The notes under the pieces were generated by a model. It was not told where the DNA came from, searched no databases, and was given only the letters and a program-made list of their open reading frames with translations. Shown here one piece after another: positions 57,301-64,000 of a stretch of DNA of 64,000 bases (positions are counted from its first letter, which is position 1; each line of letters opens with the position of its first letter). The stretch is from contig NW_008246075.1 in assembly GCF_000281045.1 (NCBI RefSeq), positions 243,476-307,475 on the forward strand, given 5' to 3'. The stretch comes from Saprolegnia diclina VS20 (taxonomy: Eukaryota). Made by a program: the position numbers and the translations under genes.

Positions 57301-58522
57301 AAAGTCAAACTCCTCGTGTACAACTGCATCTTGCAGCTTCTGCCGAGCGCACCCGAGTTTGGCAACGCCCCGGGCCCGCTTCGCGCGCTTGTGCTCAAGC
57401 TCGCCGACTCGATCGAGAATGATCAAGCTTCCGAGCGCGGTACCGTCACGGTCGTCACGAACGTGCTGGAAAAGATCTGCGAACTCTACGATGCGTCGTT
57501 CTCGATGGTTCTGCAGCAGCTCTCGCCATACAAACTCGGGCACATTCAAAAGTGCATAAACGTCCCGGCCCCGAAACTCAAGCGCAAGCACGAGAAGCCC
57601 GCCCCGCCGCCTTCAATGCTTACGAGTCCCAACCAGCCACAGGACGCTGAGCCAGGGACGCACGATTGGCTGGCCGTGCTCTGCGGCAACAACGCGTCAC
57701 GAGAAGACAAGTTGTCTGCGATGGACAAGGTAGACATGTGGAAGGAAAGAAGTACCTCGAACCCTTGCACGTAGATCATGAAGGACATTCGCACGCAAGG
57801 TGCGTCCGTGCTTTGTTCGCCCGTGACGAATGCGATCGAGTGGCCGCGCATCGTGCTTGCGCTCCTCGATCTCGCCCTCGACAACGACTCGAACGAATAC
57901 AAAATTTTGCAAACCAAGGTCATGCAGACAGCGGCGTTGATCTTGGCGACGCCCGAGTACGCGTCGTATGCTGCCACCAGCGTCGAGTCGCTCGTTCTCC
58001 AGCTGCTCTCGCGGGCATCCAGCAACTCTGTCCTCGTGCGCGCTATTTCGTTTCAAGGACATATGACCTGAAAGTGTGCAACTAGGGCCTCTACTTTGTC
58101 GAAAAGTTTGTAGCGCTGGCCATCACCGCCGTGTCCAACATTGCCAGCATCCGGCTCCTGGTCGCCCTCACAAAGTCGTCGCCGCAAGAAGACGTACACG
58201 TGCAAATCGCACTCAAGGTGCTCAAAACCGCTATCGATGCGATCGCGTCCTTCGATGCGCTCCACGTGGGCGAGTTTGATTGGATCGCGTCTGCTGTTGT
58301 CCAGGTACTTTATGGCTGTTGCCACCCAGTAGACTCTGACGCTGCTAGACGCTGTGCCACGCCAACTCGGGCGTCCGAAAGAACGCGGTCAACTGCCTCG
58401 TGAGCCTCTACTTTCTCGGCGGCTCCAACTTTGTGCCGCATTTGCACGCGCTTCCGCCCCACTACCAAAAGCTCGTGAGCCTCTATATTGAAAAGGCCCA
58501 AGTCGCAACGACGCAACGATAA
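54321..58522 (+). CDS. CLASP: CLASP-like TOG/HEAT microtubule-associated protein, many exons
   Basis: TOG1: LSDNNAKV...EKLGDSKAPIREAA...HKNWRIREQ. CLASP_N: DLRSTVTREAC and DAHADVRAAARKCFWAF. Also DSHFRVAQSA and a C-terminal VRKNAVNCLVSLY...QKLVSLYIEK. Confidence 0.85.
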
Positions 58523-58561
58523 CGACAACGGGTTACAGTATTCGTATTAAATAATCACCGA

Positions 58562-61500
58562 TCATGTCGGCGTAAAGGGCTGGATGCGCGTCGGCTGGTC
58601 GTACGCCGGGTGCGACGATGCGATTTCGCACAAAACGTCGACGGGGGTCGGGCAATACTGCTTTTGGAGGTAGCGCCAGCCAATGTCAAACCCAAAGCTG
58701 ATGACGGCCACGAGCAGCAAGGCGAGGTAGAAGCGCGGGAGCGACAAGAGACTGAAGAACACGTCGGTGATCTGTGGCTGGAGCAGCGCCGAGAGCTTGG
58801 GCGTGTTGAGGACGACAACAGCTAGAAAGTAGAGCACGATACTGCCGACCGAGACACCAACCACAATTCGGTTGACGGTTTGCACCTTGACGAGCATGCG
58901 GATGGTCACGACGAGAATCGCGCACGAGAAGGACGCGACGCTCGTCATCCAGTGACCCGCCATGCGTCCGTGGGACGACGGCGACGCCCCATCGCCGAGT
59001 ATTGCGACTGGAACAAAGTAACAGAGCGCCGAGTGGAGGATCGCCAGCAGCATGTGGGACAAAAAGAGCTTCTCGTTGAAGCTTTCGCGGAGCTGACCGG
59101 ACTGATAGAGCTTGGGGTACTTGAGCGCCATGTCGGCCGAGACGTGCTAAGGTGGACAACATTTGTCCATATTCAAAAAGCGAATTAGGTACCTGATCAA
59201 AGCCGTAGCCGGCGACGCACGGGTACGAGGTGAAGAGCGCATTGTAGCCGAGCGAGAGCATGTCGGCGAAGAAGATCTGGCCCGAGAGGCCCGAGACCCA
59301 AGCGAACCAGTACTCGGTGAAGACGACGAGCATGTTCTTGTAAAAGTAGTACAAGATGAACTTGGAGATGCGCTGGTAGCCCCACGCGCCATGGACGAGC
59401 AGCAGTCGACTTAGAAAGCGAAACTAGACCGAGGTGAGGTTAACAGGACAGCTGCACTAGAAACCTGAGCAATCGAATAGTCGCTCGCGCGCACGGCTTG
59501 GGTGCCTTCGTGGCCGCTAATGCCAATCCCGAGATGGGCGGTTTGGATCATATTGACGTCGTTGGCGCCGTCCCCGATCGCCAGCGTAATCACGGGCAAG
59601 TTGTCGCGAACGAGTCGGACAACTTGTGCTTTCTATACCCTCCGTATCGTACGACAGTACATGAAGGCACATAGCACACCTGCTTGGGCGAGACACGGCA
59701 GCAAATACACGCGCTGCAGCGCAACGCGAGCTCCAAGAAAGCGGTTTGCATCGAGGGCAGCATCGCAAGCGAGAGAGTGTCGCCGTCGAGGACGAGGACT
59801 TCCTTCTTGGAGATCTTGCCGCGGAGCTCGAGAAGCTCCCAAATGTACTCGTAGAGGTCGTCTTCGGAGGTGCTCTTGCTGCTCAAGCGGTGGACCATCA
59901 TTTGGCTCTCCTGCTGCAACAAGTTGCACGACCGGCCAATGTTGATCGCCGTCTCTTCCTTGTCGCCCGTGAGAACCCAAATGCGAATGCCAGCCCGGAG
60001 TAGGATCTCGATGGCCTCCGGTACGCCATGTTGCAGCTTGTCCTCGATCGCCGTGACCCCCAAAAGCTAAGTGCCAAAATCGAAATGCTGTCATAGCCAT
60101 TCAATGTACCTCCAAATTGGTTTCGATTGCGCTGGCCACTGCTGCGACGAGGGCGTCGTGCTCGTCGTCGGTCGTGTCGGCGCTGCGCGTCATCGTGACT
60201 TGCTGGTGATGGGCGTGCCACTCAGTGTACGCGGCTTCGTCGAGCGTGCGACACGCAACGCAGAGAGTCCGAAGCCCTTCCTCGCCATAGTCGTGGAGCT
60301 GGCTGGATGTCCACGCGAGGTCGTCGGCTTCGGTCGCTTGGAGTCGCTTTAAAATGGCCGTGTCGGCGCCTTTTGAGAAGAGCCGAATGTCGCCACTCGG
60401 CGTGCGCACGATGATCGACATGCACCGGCGGTCGCTGCTGAATTCGAGAACGTTCAATATCGTATACGTCTCGTCCGTCATGGTCACGTTGTTGTACAAG
60501 AGAATGCTGGAGACGGTTCGGCACTTGAAGACAAAACTACGCAGTTGCAATGTGATATACATGCAGTATTGTCGGTTCTACCCCATGTTGCGCGCCGCGG
60601 TCACGATCGCGCCTTCGTCGGGACTTGACGCTTGAAAGGTGATGCTCATGAGGTCGGTGGAGTTCTCAGCGTCAACTTCAGGCACCACCGAGTGGCAAAG
60701 CGCAAGGCAGAGCCAAAAGTCCAGCAAGCGAGGCGACAGCGGCTCGCTATACAGTGCGTCCCAGGCGGGGGACCCAAAGAACGGCAGCGGTAAATGGCCA
60801 CTGGGGCTGCGGATCAAGGCCTTCTTCACCGCTGGCAAGCTCGCGTCAGGGATGTAGGCGTCGAAGCGATACGATTTGTTGACACCAACAACTGCGCATG
60901 CGAGGAAGACCATCTCGTTGCAAGTCAACGTGCCTACACGCGCTGTGTGAACAGCATATACGGTGCTAGAATGGACCTGTTTTGTCGGAGAAAATGTACT
61001 CGACTTGACCAAGTTCTTCGACGAGGTTGGAGGTGCGGGATTTGGTGCGGACGCCGTTGGAGCCCATCATTTCAAGGTCGGCTTCGATGAGGAACTTTTG
61101 CAATAGTTTGACGACTTCAATGCCGACGTAGAGCGAGATCGGAATCAAGTTGGAGTAGGCGACCATAAAGGTAAAGTATGCTTCAACCCCGTCGCTCAAC
61201 GGCGGCGGGCTGCTTGTGTTGAGCGCGTTGTGCAGATACGGCAGCGTATTGCGGCTGTTCCAGAGCAGCATCGCAGTCGCATTGATCACACAGAGCATCG
61301 CTAGACAGAGTAGCATGAGACAACGTGTCGTGCGTGGCCAAAGTACCTTGAAGGAAGAACACAAAGTAAAGACACCGGTTCATCGAGTTCATGACAGCAC
61401 TCGACTTGTACGGCGGCTTGCTCGAGTTCAGAAAGGCCTTGGTCTCGTGGCCCGTGTACAGGACGAGGGCGATCGCCCACTTGGTGTGGCGCACGACTGT

Positions 61501-62286
61501 GCCGCGGCACAGCAGTTGTGACAACGTGAGAAGAACGGACGTGTTGTTGACGTACAAACTGCCCCGAAACGACACGAGCGAGGGGTTGGGCGATTCAAAC
61601 TCGACGCGACCATCGAGACTGCCGAGCTCGCGTGCGCTGAGGCCGTTCTGGACAGCGTACACGGTCTTGAGGTTGGTTTCGCCATCGAGGTTGGCCGTGT
61701 CGATCGTGCACACGCCGCACTGCGTGTCAGACGATGTCAAGAGCAAGCAGTCGGCCGGTACTTCGCGGTCTTTCTCAAGGTACAGCATGTCGCCCACCTA
61801 CGGCGGTGCTAAGTGCAATCTCAAATTCAATGTCAACACCTTGACGTGGTCCCATCGAATAGCCTTGGAGTAGAAGAGCGTCGTGTCCTTCTGCGCCGCC
61901 GAGCCCTCGTAGCTTGATGTGAGCACGGACACTTGGCGCGCATTCACTTCTTGGTCCGAGAGGTATCGCAGGTAGTCTTCGTACGCTTCTTTGGCGGCCG
62001 TAAACAAAAGCACGAGCACAAAGGTCACGATGAGCGATGTCGGGTTCTTGGGCGAAAATGGCATGCACGTGAGGATGCTCAGCACGAGGAAGTAGACGTT
62101 GGCGATGCGGCGGAATTGCTCAAAGAGGTTCTTGGGCAGAAACGTTAGTAGCGTGTACTTGGTCGTATGGATCGCGTTGGGCATGAAGCCGCGCCCTGCG
62201 TTGAAGGCCGCGTCGTTGATGTGCACCATGCGGTTGCCTGCGCTTGGGTGTCGTGCCGACGCCTCTCGTATCACGTGCTCCTTCAT
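58562..62286 (-). CDS. P4-type ATPase (phospholipid flippase), many exons
   Basis: [96 protein letters not shown] and [11 protein letters not shown]. Confidence 0.95.
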
Positions 62287-62821
62287 GGTGCTCCACGCCG
62301 GCGGCTTTGCGCGGGGGCGTTTTGCTGCTGCAGAAAGGCCAACACGGTGGCGATTCTATTTTTAGACGGGGAAAGCGCACCTTTTTAGGTGCGCTTTTTG
62401 TACCCACTGCATATTCCGTTGCCTCATGCACGAGCACTGATGCACGAGGCCTCATGGCAGGAGATTTCCGATGTGGCACGAGTGCTCAGCCAAACTCTCA
62501 TACATTTTACGGTACTAGCACGGTACTAGCACTGCATAGTGGCAGGAGAGCGTGCGATATGATGCGCCGTGAGGACGATCCATGCAAGGGAAAATAGTGT
62601 GATGATGAGTTTCCATCGTCGCAATGCCCCAGTCGTTGTTTAGCTCTTTGACAAGGCGAGTGCGTCACCGTTCGTCAACTGCCATGTAAGCTTAGCTCGG
62701 CTCTGGCATGACGTGGAACCGTTACCACCAAAAGAGCACCTGTTTCTGATAAAAGGTGCGCCTCCTCGATGGCATCCGGAGGCTCATTTCCGGCAGGATT
62801 TGCGGGAGTTTTTAAAGTGCG

Positions 62822-64000
62822 ATGGCGGAAACGGGCGGTGCAGCGGCGGACGAGGATGAGATGACGTACGAGACGTACGAAGAGGTTCGCCGCGAGCAAG
62901 CGCTCGTGGACGACGAGGTCAACTTGCTCTTCGGCATGGCCGACGTCGACCACTGCTCGTATGAGCACGGCTACATGCGCCAATTCCTGCACGCGTGCCT
63001 CACCTGCGCGCCTGCTGGCACGGCCGCTGGCATTTGCCTTGTGCGCCCTACGTTCGCCTGCAGCTCGCTCACGGTTGGCATCGTAGGCGTGCAGCTTGAC
63101 GTGCCACGCCGACCACGAACTCGTCGAACTGTACACGAAGCGCCACTTTCGCTGCGACTGCGGCACGTCCAAGTTTCGTACGTCGTCGCTGTCGCAAACT
63201 CAGCTCTTATCGCGTCTCGTAGCAAACGTGCCGTGTACGCTGTACGAAGGCAAGGACAAAACCAACGGCGAGAACGCGTACGGCCAAAACTTTGGCGGTC
63301 TCTTCTGCTCGTGCCACCGCCCGCACCCGGATCCGGATTGGGAAGGCTCGGACGAGGTGTCAAAGCCAGATATGCTTCTATTGTGCTTATGCGACGACCA
63401 GACCATGATGCAATGCATCGTTTGCGAAGACTGGTACCACGAAGTACACCTTTTTGATGGTATGTCCCCGTGTATGCATGCCATACACAGCGCATGTAGA
63501 GGACGGAGGGGCGACCCAGGAACCTCCTGCGTCGTTTGACGAGCTCATTTGCCGCGACTGCATGGCAAAGCACGGCTTTTTGTACAAGTACATTGACGTG
63601 GCAGCGTCCGAGACCGCTATGACGCCGTGCCGACTGCCGACGACGACGCCAACGACGACGTCGGGCCCGACGTTTTGGCAGGACGGGTGGCGCCAACGAC
63701 TCTGTCGCTGCGAGGCTTGCGTGCGCCGCTACGAGGACGCCAAGGTTGCGTTTCTTCTCGACGAGAATGACCCGCTGTCCACGTACGAAGCCAACGCCAA
63801 AGCGGCGGGCGAAGACTTGATCACCGCGGGTAAAAAAGCCTTGGTGGCCAAGCTCAGCCACACGCAGCAGGTCCGTGTGCTTTGTGTTGTATAGCAGAAC
63901 TGAGGAATCGGATGGGATAGATCGAGATGGCGATGGGCGTTGCCCACATGACGTCGTCGCTCAAGGACTTCCTCAGCGACTTTGCACAGTCGGACCGGGC
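62822..64000 (+). CDS. UBR7: UBR7-like E3 ligase (UBR box + PHD finger), 5' part; runs off the window's right edge
   Basis: CSYEHGYMRQFLHACLTC...GICL|ACSLTCHADHELVELYTKRHFRCDCG; NAYGQNFGGLFCSCHRPHPD; MMQCIVCEDWYH; ELICRDCM; WRQRLCRCEAC. Confidence 0.92.

Noticed and set aside
54321..62286. Apparent frameshifts and stops in CLASP, the flippase and other genes, suggesting pseudogenes or recoding
   Set aside because: The breaks I examined are explained by short GT-AG introns, e.g. DKTG|TLT in the P4-ATPase.
62600..62750. Possible C/D-box snoRNA (ATGATGA ... CTGA)
   Set aside because: No terminal stem or recognisable rRNA guide, and it lies in a bidirectional promoter region; likely chance.

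Overview
Gene-dense, GC-rich eukaryotic DNA with very short (about 40-60 nt) GT-AG introns. Gene content (GPCR-PIP kinase fusion, oomycete-type bZIP, ankyrin and CxxxxC..CxxHGG families, flagellar CFAP44) points to an oomycete, probably Saprolegniales; this is inferred, not checked. About 30 mostly multi-exon protein-coding genes are recognisable. In order: CFAP44 (partial), alpha/beta hydrolase, PDZ protein, mitochondrial carrier, BED-finger bZIP, double-RGS protein, PKG-like kinase, GPCR-PIPK, POMP, ankyrin protein, PEX11, PH protein, ATP synthase subunit f, GAF/WW protein, Arb2-FYVE-AGC kinase, coiled-coil protein, B-box Mei2-like protein, CEP164-WW kinesin-14, PH protein, Nup58, spinster MFS, HAD-like protein, SAP/AT-hook protein, Cys/His-repeat protein, TMEM256, CLASP, P4-ATPase and UBR7 (partial). 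There is one 526-nt N gap. I recognised no rRNA, tRNA, CRISPR or intact transposon. The most notable observations are unusual domain fusions (FAM172A/Arb2 + FYVE-like + AGC kinase; tandem B-box + Mei2 RRMs; CEP164-type WW module + kinesin-14 motor; BED finger + bZIP), an RGS/PKG/GPCR-PIPK cluster, and two convergent genes whose stop codons overlap. All calls come from motif recognition by eye, and exon boundaries were assembled manually.
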